NCBI GenBank assembly: GCA_965655095.1
Contig: OZ296654.1
Span: 83,142,001-83,206,000, forward strand
Origin: Haplodiscus bocki
Lineage: Eukaryota
DNA: 64,000 nucleotides
Reading direction: 5' to 3'
In this document: positions 1-12,572 of the stretch, in pieces
Position numbering within the stretch: the stretch's first letter is position 1
How the letters are laid out: the number at the start of each line of letters is the position of its first letter
Notes under the pieces: model-generated
The model's input: the letters and a program-made list of their open reading frames with translations, nothing else
Database searches by the model: none
What the model was told of the DNA's origin: nothing
Position numbers and translations under genes: made by a program

Positions 1-1049
1 CACATAAAGCAAATTTGATCGAGAAAAAAACTTGCATTCACAGTTCTACAATACACATTCGGAAATGTCGATTCAGCATATGGAAGAAGTTCTCCTTTTA
101 AACGTTTTATTAATTCCATCAAATAGATAAAAGGTATCCAAACATCAACATTTTTGAATTTTCTTACTTGCTTTGTTGTTGCGTTTCCAAAGTTTTACCA
201 AAAATTGACACATACGGAGTTCTTCCTTGATTAATTCACTGGGGAGTAGTGCCGGTGCAGTTTTATTGTTGTGGGAAAAACTTGAGGCGGCAGAGCTTTA
301 ATGGAATTGGAGTTGAGAAAGAGCGAGACAACTTAAATATTTGATAATTGAATTGAAATTGGAATGTCATTTACGGCAGCCTCTAGAGTGAATTTTGACA
401 TGCTATTTCACACCACCCTCAAGTACACATCCTGTTTTATGGCAACACAACATCACATTACATTCCGTCCCATTTTTGCTTCCACACATTTGGTCGGCCA
501 CTCTTTTCCTTCAACAAGTGTCGTAGTATCACTGCTGTGACTGGGACGAGGCGCATTACTACTTCGTAAAAACTTACATGGTAACATTAGAAAATATTCT
601 ATTTTTAGTCGGCGTTTTTTTTAGAAAAAGTGCCTGATTATAACAGTCATTTCATTTTTTGCGTCAGACTTACTTCTAAAACATTAATTTTTTTAGTTTT
701 AGCAAAAGTTTTCAAGCAGTACCAATGCACAGGCCGAAATGCCGCCAGAAAGAAGCCTAATTATTGCAATAAACTTATTAACAAGAGTCAGATACTGACT
801 GAAGCTCAGAGATGAGCGCCAGATCAGACGATATCATCACAATTATGACTGAACAGAAAGATCCTGCGATAAAGGACGAAATTATCAAGAAACTCAAAGA
901 AAACAGCAGCTTCCCAAAAACAGCCAAACAATGAAAAGATGAGAGCATCAAAACGACGGAGTCAAAGAGATTGGAATGAAAATCAATAACACGGAAAGAT
1001 AGAATCTCAAAACCGAAACACAATCTCTGGAGAAGTTGCGAGCTTTATC

Positions 1050-1955
1050 GCCAAGTACTGAAATTTACCAAATTTCCCGTAGAAAGCGACTGAAATAGTG
1101 AAATTTCTCAAAAACGTGCAAATTTTGGTTTTTTTTTGGAAAAATAGATTTTTTTTTCGAAAAACCTCGAATTTCTTCAAAATAGCTGAAAATGGCTAAC
1201 GTTTTGTAGAATGCGTATCAGATGGTGATATTTCTTGAAAATGTGTTTCCACCTTATCCAAGAAGTATTTTGACTAAAACTCAGAAAAATTTTAAAGGTG
1301 CAAAAATTTGAAAATATGATGAGGAAAGTTTTGAAAAAGCTTTCTTTAAAAAAGACATCTTTTCCAGAATGGGAAGGCGGAAAATATTCTGATGGCATCC
1401 GGCCGTCTTGTTATTCTGCGCCATATGAATGGAATATGAAAGCAAAATCTTCCTCTCAAATAGGTGCGTTTTTTTACCCGATGTTTTCCAAATGCGTTCA
1501 CGCCAACATCGGCAGTATGTTCTCATTACTGAACGTGAAAATTTTTTCATTAATAAAGAGAGCAAATTTGCCGTAGAATGCGACTGAAACAGCAAGATTT
1601 CTCAAAACATTCAAAATTCGGGTTTTATCGAAAAAGTAGATGGGTTTTCCGAAAAAAAAACAATTTCGGAAAACCCATGTATTTTTTTCGGAGAACCCCG
1701 ACGTTCAATCTATTTTAGAATCGCTACAGGTTTCAAATTTCCTCTAGAATGAGTATCAAATGGTATTATTTCGTAAAAATGTCTTTTCCGCCCTAAATAT
1801 GAGGTTTTTTTTAGCAAAAAGTCAGAAAAATTTGAACGTGGGAAAATTAGAAAATATGTTTTTTTTCGAGGAAAAAATGTTTTCATCTTTTTGAAAGCCT
1901 TCTGTACAAAAATGGGAAGGCGCGAAAAATGCCGCTCGTAACCAGTCGTCTTGTA
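1050..1955 (+). repeat. Two tandem diverged copies of an interspersed non-autonomous repeat; a third partial copy is inverted at about 4765-5120
   Basis: caaatttcccgtagaaagcgactgaaatag (~1069) matches caaatttgccgtagaatgcgactgaaacag (~1563). Both copies end in aatgggaaggcg...gtcttgt (~1410, ~1953). The reverse complement aagacggccg is at ~4768. Confidence 0.65.
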
Positions 1956-2249
1956 TTTTACACATGCTGGAATGTGATTTGAGTTGGCTACGTGAATCTA
2001 GGGTTCATGTATCTAAGCTGGTAAGTATGAACTGGCTTTTCTTTTCTCGTGCAAAGTTTGTATTATTGAAATCATTGGTGTGTCAAGTGCTAAATAAAGG
2101 TTAAAGCATGGTGACGAGGCAATTCTGAGCCTTCCGATGTTCTCAAAATGCCTATAGTTTTCAAACTTGTTTGGAATACCCAAAGGGGTTAGTCACAATT
2201 TTTGCCCCGCGGTGCTGAAAAAGTTCGTTGGAAGGCCCTTTTCTTAAAC

Positions 2250-3520
2250 TTTTCTAAACTTCTTTGTTTTTGTGTAGTCGTTGGTGTACTTCAGCTTTTA
2301 GTCCAATGGAAATCGTATTTTTGAATCAATTTGGCATGGGTCAGTGACTAAAACTGGTGTGTTGTGAAAAAGAGCCACAGTTTCCCCAACTTAATGTATG
2401 AAAAACCAATTTGAAAGATTTCGGTTTTTCAAATATTTCCGAGGATGTTTTTATACCAATTTAATCTGAATAATTACGTAAAAAGCTCATGTCGAGGCGG
2501 AAAAATGCAAGAAACCCAAACATTTGAAATTGATTGTCCACTTTGAATTCCAAAGTAAACCTTTTTGCGTCAGTTGGGTTTGTATTACTAGCTATAAAGA
2601 TGATTTGAAGGAAAAAATTCAACGATCTCATTTTTAGAAAATGAAATTGTTTTTGCTCTACTATTTTACAGCACCACTACGTTTCGTTTGGGTCCAAAAT
2701 TTCATTAACCCCACCACGCGCCAGGTGCAATAATTTTATAGTCGTCCTCGAATCGATATCCATGATATGGGGCAAACTGCGCAAGATAACTGGTAAGTTC
2801 GGGAATGAGATTTTGGAATGACTCGTGGATGTATGAAAGTCCTATAGCAACTTCGGTAGAGTCCATCCGACTGCCATGGAAACGGTGATTCAAAATGTTT
2901 GTCACATAAAAAACCGCAGCGCGTGAAATGATTCGCATTACGTATGTGAATCACACAAGTGATCAATTAATCCCACTATATGCTGCGAAATGAAACCGGC
3001 ACATTGCAGGCGTCAGAATGATATATTTCATTATATTCATAAATTTGAGTCAAATTTTAGGAGTCAGGAGCAAATAACTAACAAACAATTGTAATTTAAA
3101 AGAAAAAAAAACAGTTATTTATAACGTTAAATAACACTGTTAAATAACATGCCAACCCTGGTGCCGCTTCTGGTCGGAGATATAGGCTCCCCAGAGAAGC
3201 TTCCATTCGGTTGGCTGCATGAGTACATTCAGTACGAATCTTGCCAGTCAATCCTGTTATGGCATCTATATTCAATTTTTCTCCCGAACTTTTCATCGTT
3301 TATAATTTATGAGCCAAGGGATGACAACTTTTTTGACATCTTGTTTTGTTTTCCAACGACATTTCCAAAACTCTAATTGTTGGGTTGCTCCAATTAGTAC
3401 AAGCGGTTGATGATCTTCTTTTAAGCTGAGAAGGAAGTTCGTTTCATGTGGCGTGCATGGAATACGTTTCATTCTCCACATTTCGGTTCTTGCATTAAAA
3501 TTTCGTGTTTCTGCATTCAA
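2250..3520 (-). mobile_element. Highly degraded hAT-like DNA transposase remnant
   Basis: Minus-strand fragments IPCTPHETNFL (CxxH-like), NILNHRFHG (LDPRxxG-like) and APGAWW (WW of the hAT dimerisation region). Many stops. Confidence 0.35.
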
Positions 3521-3533
3521 ATTTCACTTGTTA

Positions 3534-4080
3534 CAGTCATAATGTAAAACTGGCCTTACATGTAAACAAAGAATTGCAATTGTGATCTTGGAAAATAGCT
3601 TTTTATTACACAGAATTTGTTTCCAGTTATTGAAAGCAGCTTCCGATTGTGCAACTCTTTTTGATATCTTGTAGACGTTTATCGTCTTCCGTAATAAACA
3701 TGCTTTAATTGGTTAAAGCGCCCGTTTAATTGATAATGGTTCTTTACTATTTGATATGCATTTGTGAAGCGCCTTGGCAATCACCACAACTTAGTTTTAT
3801 TATTTTTGGTTTTAACTATTTGCCATGTGTCTTGCATGTTTCGTCCAAAATAGTCATCAGCAGTTGCAGTTTTTCCGGCGAGTCCGCTGGCTGCTAACCC
3901 AGGTTATAGATGTTGTGACCCACAATATTGGCGTCTTCGTTATTCTCGTTGGTATTCATGGTCCTTTCGATGAAAACATTGTAGAGTGGGGAAACAAATT
4001 CCGTATAACGAAAAGCTAATTTCAAAAATCACATTTGCAACTCTTCGTTTCCATGTAGGGCCAGTTTTACAATATGACTG
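3534..4080. mobile_element. Internally deleted Tc1/mariner-superfamily element (MITE-like) with ~70-bp TIRs
   Basis: TA|CAGTCATAATGTAAAACTGGCC at 3534 is mirrored by GGCCAGTTTTACAATATGACTG at 4080, with TG instead of TA on the right. The interior minus strand has a PADSPE...DDYF remnant resembling the mariner WPxxSPDLNPxD motif. Confidence 0.55.
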
Positions 4081-5214
4081 TGACACTCACACCCTAGCAT
4101 ACCAATATTTTTCTTGAAGTTTTCAGTAAGTTAATCTTAGCCATTTCTGACCCACCATCGATGGAAAATATTGCAGCGCTCCTGCGCCTCTTGTTCTAAT
4201 TTCATTGGTAGAGGTTCGAGTTTAGAGCCAGTTGGGATATTCCAAACCACCAAACAAAGAGAGGTAGTGTAATGGAAAAGAACAGTGAATACTTCGATTG
4301 GGTCCGAAGAACCAAGAAAAGACTTGAAGATAGTGTGCGCTGACTGAAAATACCTTATTCAAAAAAATTTGCGTTCCATGAAATGCGACTTTCTCAAACC
4401 TTAAACTGAGAAACCAGCTAGGACTTTGTCTTAAAAAGGCACGATTATTATGCCAAATAAATGAGTATGATACAATATGGTGAGTGACTGCTTTCGATGA
4501 TTGCTTGCTGGCAACGTAACTGTCGAAATGTCAGTTTGGTCTCCAATCAAGATGTCAAATATCTTTGAAAATTTTTGAATTTTCATGAAAATTTCGAGTA
4601 TTTTTGATCGAATGGCTGTTGTGTTTCAGTATGTGATGCGCAGCTTTCGGTCGCCTGCAAACGTGTTTTTATTTTTTCACGTGTAACAATCTAATATTCC
4701 ATATGCACTTGGTTTATATGACGATGTTTTACATTTTCCTGGTTTCCTCGCCTGCGCATATGTTAATAAGACGGCCGCCTTGCATCAGCATGTTTTCCGC
4801 GCACCAATTTTATGAAAGATGCCTTTTAAAAGAATGGAAGCGATTCTTTTAATTAATGTTTCTTCAAGGAGTACTTTTTGAGGAAAAATCTATTTGTCTG
4901 AAAAAAAATTTATATTTATTTTCAAAGCTTGAGCGAAAAAAATTCGGGTTTTTGGCAAAAAATTTTCGCCAGCTTTGTCAAAACTGCATTCTACACTTCC
5001 AGACGAACATTTGAAGGTTTTCAAAATTTTTTCTCAACGTAAACGTACTTGGCAAACATCGGGCAAAAAAACGCACCATTCGAGTGGATTATTTTCCTTC
5101 CAGATTTCAACAATGGCGGAAAATAAAAAAAAACCTCTCTTTTTTTCTCTATCTCTCTCTGCCTCTCTCTGTTGATAACTGATAAATTCTTCTGTGTATG
5201 GGAGCATGTTCAGT

Positions 5215-6010
5215 GCTTACTATGAACATATACCGTAGTGTAATAAAAGAAGGGAAGTCTCATGTTGTAATAAAGGCTGGAACGATACATACAGTTTCGT
5301 AATAGTCAAAAATCACGAGATATGCTCGAAATAAAAGTCTTCAAAAATTTGGTATCGTTTACAATGGTGTTTACTTGAAACTTCTAGGAACATTATCAAA
5401 TAAGTTGGGAAGTTTTGTATCTATATGTATTGAGATTGATTGATTTTGCATCACAATTTCAATATTTCAAGTGCTTCCTACTGCGTTTTTGTTTACATTT
5501 TATACACTGTCAAGATGCCCCTTACCTGCTGATTACAAACTGGCAGCTCCCGAATGTATACACGTTCAAAGAACATGGACGTTCGTTGAGGAGTATTATC
5601 ATTCTCAATGTTATTACGTCATGAAGCTTCTCATTTCTCAGAGAAAATCAATGTTCTTCGAAAGTGTAAACACTGGGGAGCTCTAAACTTGTGAGTGTAA
5701 TCAGTAGGTTTGAGGCATCTTGAAACTCAAAACATCGAAAGTTGTGATGCAAAATCAGTCTACTATCGTAAAGCCTATAGATAAAAAACCTGCCTTATAT
5801 AACAAGGATCATAGAAGTTTTGAAAAAAAAACACCATTGTAAACTAGATGAAATTTTAAGAAAATTTTATTGAGAGAATATACTTTCATTCCGAGCATAA
5901 CTTTTGATGTTCAGTTGTTTTTGAGTATTACGCAAGTATATGTATCTTTCTAATCTTCATTATTGAGTAGAGGTTCCTTTTTATCACACTATTGTATGCT
6001 TATAATAAAA
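5215..6010. repeat. Foldback/MITE-like element with ~360-bp diverged inverted arms
   Basis: Nested symmetric pairs around ~5615: tgattttgcatcacaat/gttgtgatgcaaaatca, gtttacaatggtgt/acaccattgtaaac, aagaacat/atgttctt. Confidence 0.7.
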
Positions 6011-6419
6011 AAAGTGTAAAAAACAAACTGGGGAAAGTCAAAATCGGTACAGATACTCATCCGTCTCAAATACTGGAGGGCTGGCTCAATTTTTTGTTTC
6101 CAACGGGCAACAACATAAAGTAGGCGTGTGATATTTTGTTGTAGACGAGAATGATATTGCAGGAATGATTTGATTTTTTTAATCGATAAATGCAGGAGCT
6201 ACTATGATAATTTTGATGCTTCCGAAACTTTTCAAGCGTAGGGATTTTTACTGAGTTGTTTTTACCTCCTAAGCTTCCGATCCGTAACCTCGGTTCCCGA
6301 GAAGGGTACGAGTTTTTGAAACATGGTCCTTTTTCCGGGGAAGGCTCGAAGAAGAGACTCATTTTTCCAAATACTGCTACTTTTGTTTCTCGCATGAAAA
6401 AAGTTTGATCATCGATCAT

Positions 6420-6840
6420 GAAAAAATACTACATAAGTTGGACAACCTAGGCATTTGAGGAAAAGCAAACATTTGGTTCAGAAATTACCTGAATAATCGT
6501 CAACAGTATGATTGTGTGAAGCAACAACATTTAAGTAGATTACTAACTAATTGAAGCATAACACAGGGATCCATATCAAGTCCACTTTTGTTACTTATTT
6601 ACAATAAAGACCTTCCTTAGAAACCTAAAAATTTCGATTCCTATTTATTCGCCGATAAACCTCTTGTCTTATATGTAATGAAAAACATAGCCATGTAATG
6701 AAAAACACAGCCATGTAATGAAAAACACAGCCATGTAATGAAAAACACAGCCAACCTTGTTCTGAATTATTTCAATGCAGTGAGCTGTTCCAAAAAAAAC
6801 GACCTATATTTGAATGTTCACAAAGTCTTTCACGAACATC
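6420..6840 (+). pseudogene. LINE (CR1/L2-like) reverse transcriptase fragment
   Basis: Reads NYLNNRQQY...QGSISSPLLLLIYNKDLP...YLFAD, i.e. the RT QGS and (F/Y)ADD motifs, with stops. Confidence 0.7.
6673..6752. repeat. Minisatellite, 4 x 20 bp (atgtaatgaaaaacacagcc)
   Basis: Four consecutive units, one substitution in the first. Confidence 0.95.
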
Positions 6841-6870
6841 AAAGATTGCTATTTCGATATAAATATAGAT

Positions 6871-7230
6871 AACACAGAGGCGAAGCTGTGCTTCGCAACA
6901 CTTGCGCCATTGAAAACTAGCGAAAAAAAATCGACAAATTAAAACTTTTTTGAGAAGAGGACTATACTAGTAAAACTACTGAAAACGAGAGTACAGAAAC
7001 TCAAATAAAAATTCCACATTCATATACCAGCATTAAATGCTATAATATTTCATTCGCTTCAAATTTTAGTTGAAAACAGATTCTCAAGGGACAATGGCAG
7101 TCAGGTAGACCATGCGTCAGCGGGGCTAAGGTCCCATGTTCGAGCCTAGGACACACTGTCAGCGCTTTATTCAAAACTAAGAACTTGCGTTGGTTGTGAA
7201 CGGATCGGGAAGAAATTAGGAATGTCTTAA
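6871..7230 (+). repeat. Interspersed repeat with an internal tRNA-like segment (copy 1)
   Basis: Colinear with 15908-16250: cagaggcgaagctgtgcttc...gagtacagaaactca...cagtcaggtagac...aaggtcccatgttcgagcctaggaca...acggatcgggaa. Confidence 0.7.
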
Positions 7231-9222
7231 AATACTTTTTATGAGTGTTATGAGATAGTAAAACCAGACACGCTTGTTATGTAGTATGCATTGGGCTGAA
7301 AAAACGATCTAACTTTGAAAAACAAAAAAAAACAGAGGTACAAAGAGCTTAGTGCTGGGCTGAGTCCAAAAGCTTCTCAAAAATTACAGAAAAAGTACCA
7401 TCACCTCTTAATTGAAAGCTCGGTGCCTCGAGGACTTAACATATAGGTAACGTCTAAAAAAATTATAAAATAGATCGAATTTCATTTCTCTTCGCAAAAA
7501 AACATCAAAAATTCTGATTTCAACCAAAAAGTTGTGGAATAAACACTTTGGATTCATTTTGTTATGGCAACGCCAAATCTGGGTTATTTTTAGTTTTTTA
7601 AAGACATACGACTAAATTTAAAAAACATGGTTTCGAAACTCAAACACTCACGATCTTGAAATTTGCCTCTTGAAAAAGATATTGATAAATTTTCTTATCG
7701 GAACCCAATACAGCAGATGAAGCAATGAAGTTTCTTTGTTATAGTAAAAGAAAACCTAGGTCAATTTCAGACGGAGCTTCTCAGACAAAGAATTAAAATT
7801 TGACAACAAAATTCAAAATACCCGAAAATAGCTCCATTCCCAGCCACGTTCTCGCTAGAAACCGATCAAAAAGTCACTGACCTGAAGCAAAACCTAATAG
7901 GTAGAAAACCGGAGTGTGCTTTTTATGGCAAGGGAAAATGCAGGCCATTTCCGGGCTTAGATGACAAGACATGGTACTAAAATTGGACGAAAGTCAATGC
8001 AACTGAAAATAGCAGCTCGATTTTGAAGTTTTTCGCGAAAAAACCACGCAAAAAATGGCCCCAACCAAATTGTAAAAGGATACCAAATAAAGTCTCGCGT
8101 TAAGCTGGTGCAAATTATGGGTCGTTTAAAGACTTACCTTCCCCTATACAAGACATTAAATTACAAAAAAATCATGACACCAGGTTTTTTAGGTTTTTTG
8201 TTAGAGGAAAGTGACACAGGAAACTATGAAAGCTCAAATTTCAGATGAGGAAACTTTACGCTCTATGAACACGGTAATCAATATGATGGGCGGGAAGACT
8301 CTGATTTTTTGGGGAAAACAGCGGGGTGAAAGAAAGGCGACTGGGAGGGGGGGGCTTGAGGTAAGTCAGCGAGACTGAATTTTTTATAGTAATTTCCCGG
8401 AATATTGCAGGGATATTCATCACATTGCTATTTTCCGTAATTTTATTGGTGCGTCGATTGAACAGTAGGCTACAATTTAGAAAAGCAGGGAATAAATTCA
8501 TTGACAATCTCTATTTTGTGATTGGCTGAAAATATGATTGCAGTTGCATTTCTTTCTTATAATCAGTTTAGAGAGAAAGTAAAGTAAGAATTGAATTATT
8601 TTTGCCCTACATCTCTTTCCTACAATCTTGACGGAGTGAAATAGGGACAAGACTAGCGAAAAAAAAGTGAATCAAGAAGAAAAGTGATAAAATTCCGCGC
8701 TGGTAACATTTACCACAACGATTCGGTGGCGGCGTTATTAATCAAGCACAATTAACATTTGGAAATGAAGGTTCTCATAGAACACCATACGCCTTAGCTG
8801 AACCATGGATTAGATTCACGCTTCTTCCCTCATGTCTAAAAGTTTGATAGCAATTGATAGAATTCTGTTCGCTGTACTATCCTTTGCATTTCGGTCCATA
8901 CATATTTTGCAACAAAAATTTTTTGCATTTGAGTGTGCAGAAACAAGTTGTTACATTAATGATCTTCTTAGATACATACACACAATCATTTTCGACACAA
9001 ATTTTACTCGTCCCACGAGAATTGTACCAAGTACTGTGCTGTAAACGATTCTCATTATGGTAAACAGTTGAAAGTGCTGAGTTGTACAAAATACCGACCC
9101 GACTCCATCTTGTATTCTTTTCTTATAAATTCATCTTACATTTTACAAAAACTTCTGTAGCATTACTCTTTACAACTATCATTCATTCATATTCTTTTTT
9201 TAAAATCTACATCACACTTAAA

Positions 9223-9449
9223 ATGTTTCAATTAACGCTAGCAGCAGCTTTAACCGCAATTTCTTTACTAGGAATTCTACTCAACTCCACCATTCTTTCC
9301 AGTTTATTAAACAAAACTCAACTTCAAACAATCGCCAACATTTTTTTCTTCAACCAGGCAATCGCCGATGTCCTGTTCTTATCACTACTGCCCCTAATTG
9401 GTACTGAGTATTACCTGGACCGGTGGCCTTTTGGGGAGCTTGCATGCAG
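9223..9449 (+). CDS. Class A GPCR, somatostatin/allatostatin-C/opioid-receptor-like, exon 1 (TM1-TM2-ECL1)
   Basis: MFQLTLAAAL...GILLN (TM1), NIFFFNQAIADVLF (TM2), WPFGELAC. Ends AG|GCACAA, a GC donor. Confidence 0.88.
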
Positions 9450-9811
9450 GCACAAACTAATTTTCGACTCCGGCCAATCATTGAAGTTTTGGCACTTTTC
9501 GTCACAATGATTATTTTCCCGAACCAATTTTAGCCCAAAAAACCAATCGTATTAGTCTAAACGCTTCACAAGATTTCATTTTGTAGAACATAACTTGGAA
9601 GCACAGTTTTTTTATTCCGAACAAAAAAATGAGTATTTAATATCGGTTAAACAACTGGCACAAATAAAAGTTTTTCAAAATACAACAAATGTACAATTTG
9701 CGAAGCAGGGTAACATCATCGGAATCAAGCACGGAAAATTACTTATAACTTTCATGCACAAATTTTTCCACAGCCAAATGATCGAAAAATGAAGTGCCTG
9801 CACATGCCCAG

Positions 9812-10020
9812 GTCTCTAGTTATTCTTGATTCTATGAACCAGTTCACGAGTGTGTTTCTGCTGACCGTGATGTCAGTGGATCGCTACCTCAGCCTGTCCC
9901 GGCCTTTGACAGGAATCCAGTTCCGAACGAAGCAGTATGCCTGGATTCTGTCCGGCACTGCGTGGATTCTGGCAGCTCTTGTTTGCTGCCCACTCTGGTT
10001 CGCCAGCCAATCTTTCGAAG
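9812..10020 (+). CDS. Same GPCR, exon 2 (TM3 with DRY, TM4)
   Basis: Acceptor cccag|g. Encodes SLVILDSMNQFTSVFLLTVMSVDRY, like SSTR TM3 including the D3.32 Asp. Canonical donor GTAAGC at 10021. Confidence 0.92.
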
Positions 10021-11754
10021 GTAAGCGGCGGAAGTTGGTAAAAGATTACCAAAATAAGGATCTACCCAAATCACATCTACTCAAACGGAACCCCCATTTT
10101 CAAAAATTGCCAAATTTTTTCATTCCATCATACTATTTTCCGCAATATTAGAAAGTATATTTTTGAAAATTTTTGCTGAAATGAGAATATTAGAAAACGA
10201 GAAATCAGAAATGCACAGGTAAATACATATCAACTATATTAGCTATTACATAAAGCATTTTGTATTGATTGCACCAAAAGTTAAATTTGGATTAAGTGTG
10301 GCAAGCAAAAATGTTTCTTTTCGATTCAAAATTTAGGGGAGTCAGCAATACAAGGATTAAGATACGAACAATACATCAATGGTATGAACCCGCCAAAAAT
10401 TCTTTAATTTTTAAGGCTGATGAGTTAAACCACAATGAATACATTCATTATCCTTCAATTCCTACATCGCAGATTCAAAGGCTTTAGATTTTGCAGCAGA
10501 GAATACGTCATGAACGTCCCTACATTACAAACGCTTCAACATCAATAGGAATTTTTGAACTCGTCAAACTTTTGAAATTGGTAAATTTCGAGAGATTTTG
10601 ATCCGAATATAACTCAATATTGATAAGATAAATCTGTTTTGAACGAGAAACTTTCAACACCTACAATTTTTGTCAAGTTGGACTGAATTTCTCAAATCTC
10701 TGAATTATCCTGCCTTCAAAAATCATGTCAGCTTTCGCTTTGATTTCCGCCACTTTTATCACATTTTTGTCAAGGTCGGCCTTAAAAATGCCACATAATA
10801 CAAGTCTAGCAGCTTCTGTCGACGGAAATAAATTGATTCTTTATTGTGCGTTTTTCAAATCAAAGACCAAAAATCCGACTTCAGGGGGCCGACATCGTCT
10901 GCATCAGCGGTTTGAGCACACCTACAAAAAAATAACAAAAAAAGAGAAAAAAATAACCGTCTAATGATTCCTGTCAAGGAGGATATATTTGCTTTGATAA
11001 TTTCAGTAGATAAAAATGGGATTTTTTTCGCCTTTCACAAGCATTTCCAGTTTCACAAATAGAAATGTGTTCGGACTAAAAACTGACAAGATATAATGAC
11101 CACGTGTTGTCAACTTGACATGAAATATGAGGAAAATCAAGAACTACTTACATGTGGAAAAAGGCACGCGCACTAAATTTTGACTTTTTTGCCAGAATTT
11201 ACATCAGTTTGCATTTTTTCGTCGTATAATGTTTTTTTCAATCATTAAACTTGACATTCACCATTTCACATTTTTACAGCTATCACAAGATCTCAAGCAA
11301 GATTTGCGAGCAAATTATAGAATTAACTCCCAAGAATCGAAGCAACTAGCAAGAATTATTTCCAAGGCCATTTTTTTAATCGTTAAGACTTCTTCATACT
11401 TTCAACCAGCTTTCAAAGTAATTGGTCCAGAAATCTAAATGATTCATAGAACGCGTAAAATCACCAAAAAACTCCCAGAAAGAATTTTTCATTATTGCAA
11501 TTTCTGTTAAGCCAAAAATTCCCATGAATAATAAACAAGTACAAGGAGAAGCAAGAAGAGTGAAATTTCGAGCTCTGGGTCCCAAAATCAAATATCCCGA
11601 TTAGACATTGAAAACCCAGACATGCAGGATCACACGGAAACGAGATGCTCGATTCCAAGAGAGGTGTCACTGAAACGAGAGTGACAGGCTTGACCAATCA
11701 GAAGTCATTATTCCTGACAGTTTAAACAAACGTCATTACAATTGTTTGTTTCAG

Positions 11755-12572
11755 GGAACGAAGATTCGGTTCGTCGCTGCTACTTTCTCGAAAGCGAAGA
11801 CAGCGAATCAGCTCATTATTACAAACTTTTTACAATCTGGGCATTCGCAATTGGATTCTGCCTACCTTTGATAATCATATCATCAACAAATTACTCAATT
11901 TTAGGTCACATTCGAAAAGGCCATGCGGTCAACAATGACACACAGTCAAGAGTTCATTCCAACAACCGACCAAGTCGAGATGAAAGACGAAAAAAGACTT
12001 GTGTGATTGTTGTTGCATGTACCATCATTTTTGCCATTTGCTGGCTGCCCCTTTATATATTTTTAATACATGTCTACTTCTTTGCCAATAACTCGAATTC
12101 TCCCGAAATGGCGACATCAGCTTTACCTGAAAACTCAACCAATTCCACTTTTCTCTCATTCGAGCAATCACTAAGCCACCTCGGTAATATTTTGGACCCT
12201 TCAAATGCAACCCAATCAATGATACGAAACGACAGTCTTTCGTCAAACTCGTCACTGACATGGAAAATGGATGTCAGTGATGAATTTACATCAGAATCAG
12301 AAGATGAAAGCTTGAACCACATACGAATGTTTTGCCTGCTACTCAGTTACTGTAACGGAATGTTCAATCCCATAGTCTTGCTTATCATGAGCGGAAACAT
12401 CCGTCAAAACCTCTGCACCTGTTTTTCATCAACTCGTGGAACCGCTACAGACCCGACCCATCTTCATTCTCGAACAAACACTCGAAACCGCAGGAGAAGT
12501 TCCCACATTCCTATAGTGAGAAGACAAGGAGGTACTGCAAAGATGACCATTTTTATGACTTCTAAGTTATAA
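11755..12572 (+). CDS. Same GPCR, exon 3 (ECL2 Cys, TM5-TM7, C-tail)
   Basis: Acceptor tttcag|gg is in the correct phase. Contains FAIGFCLPL (TM5), CWLP (TM6) and YCNGMFNPIVL (TM7). Exons total 227+209+818 = 1254 nt, giving 417 aa plus stop. Confidence 0.92.

Noticed and set aside
400-570. Cys-rich minus-strand peptide (CGSKNGTECNVMLCC) as a transposase C-terminal domain or exon
   Set aside because: Too short, with no supporting motifs or splice context.
6673-6752. Short repeats, here and at 31655-32270 and 50500-50830, considered as a CRISPR array
   Set aside because: No unique spacers, no cas genes and a eukaryotic context; these are ordinary tandem or TIR repeats.
7095-7160. Functional tRNA gene
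   Set aside because: I could not fold a proper acceptor or anticodon stem, and it is part of a diverged repeat.
630-9089. Numerous 60-120 aa ORFs in the track
   Set aside because: Low-complexity F/K/I-rich translations of AT-rich repeats with no recognisable motifs.
8300-9160. Upstream coding exon of the GPCR using the donor AG|GTAAGT at 8361 and the acceptor at 9160
   Set aside because: An in-frame TGA directly precedes the donor in the required phase; at most a 5' UTR exon, unsupported without RNA data.
10650-11260. Recurrent TGTCAAG/CTTGACA motifs and a palindrome in GPCR intron 2
   Set aside because: No clear termini or periodicity; probably an old MITE remnant, not supportable as a regulatory feature.
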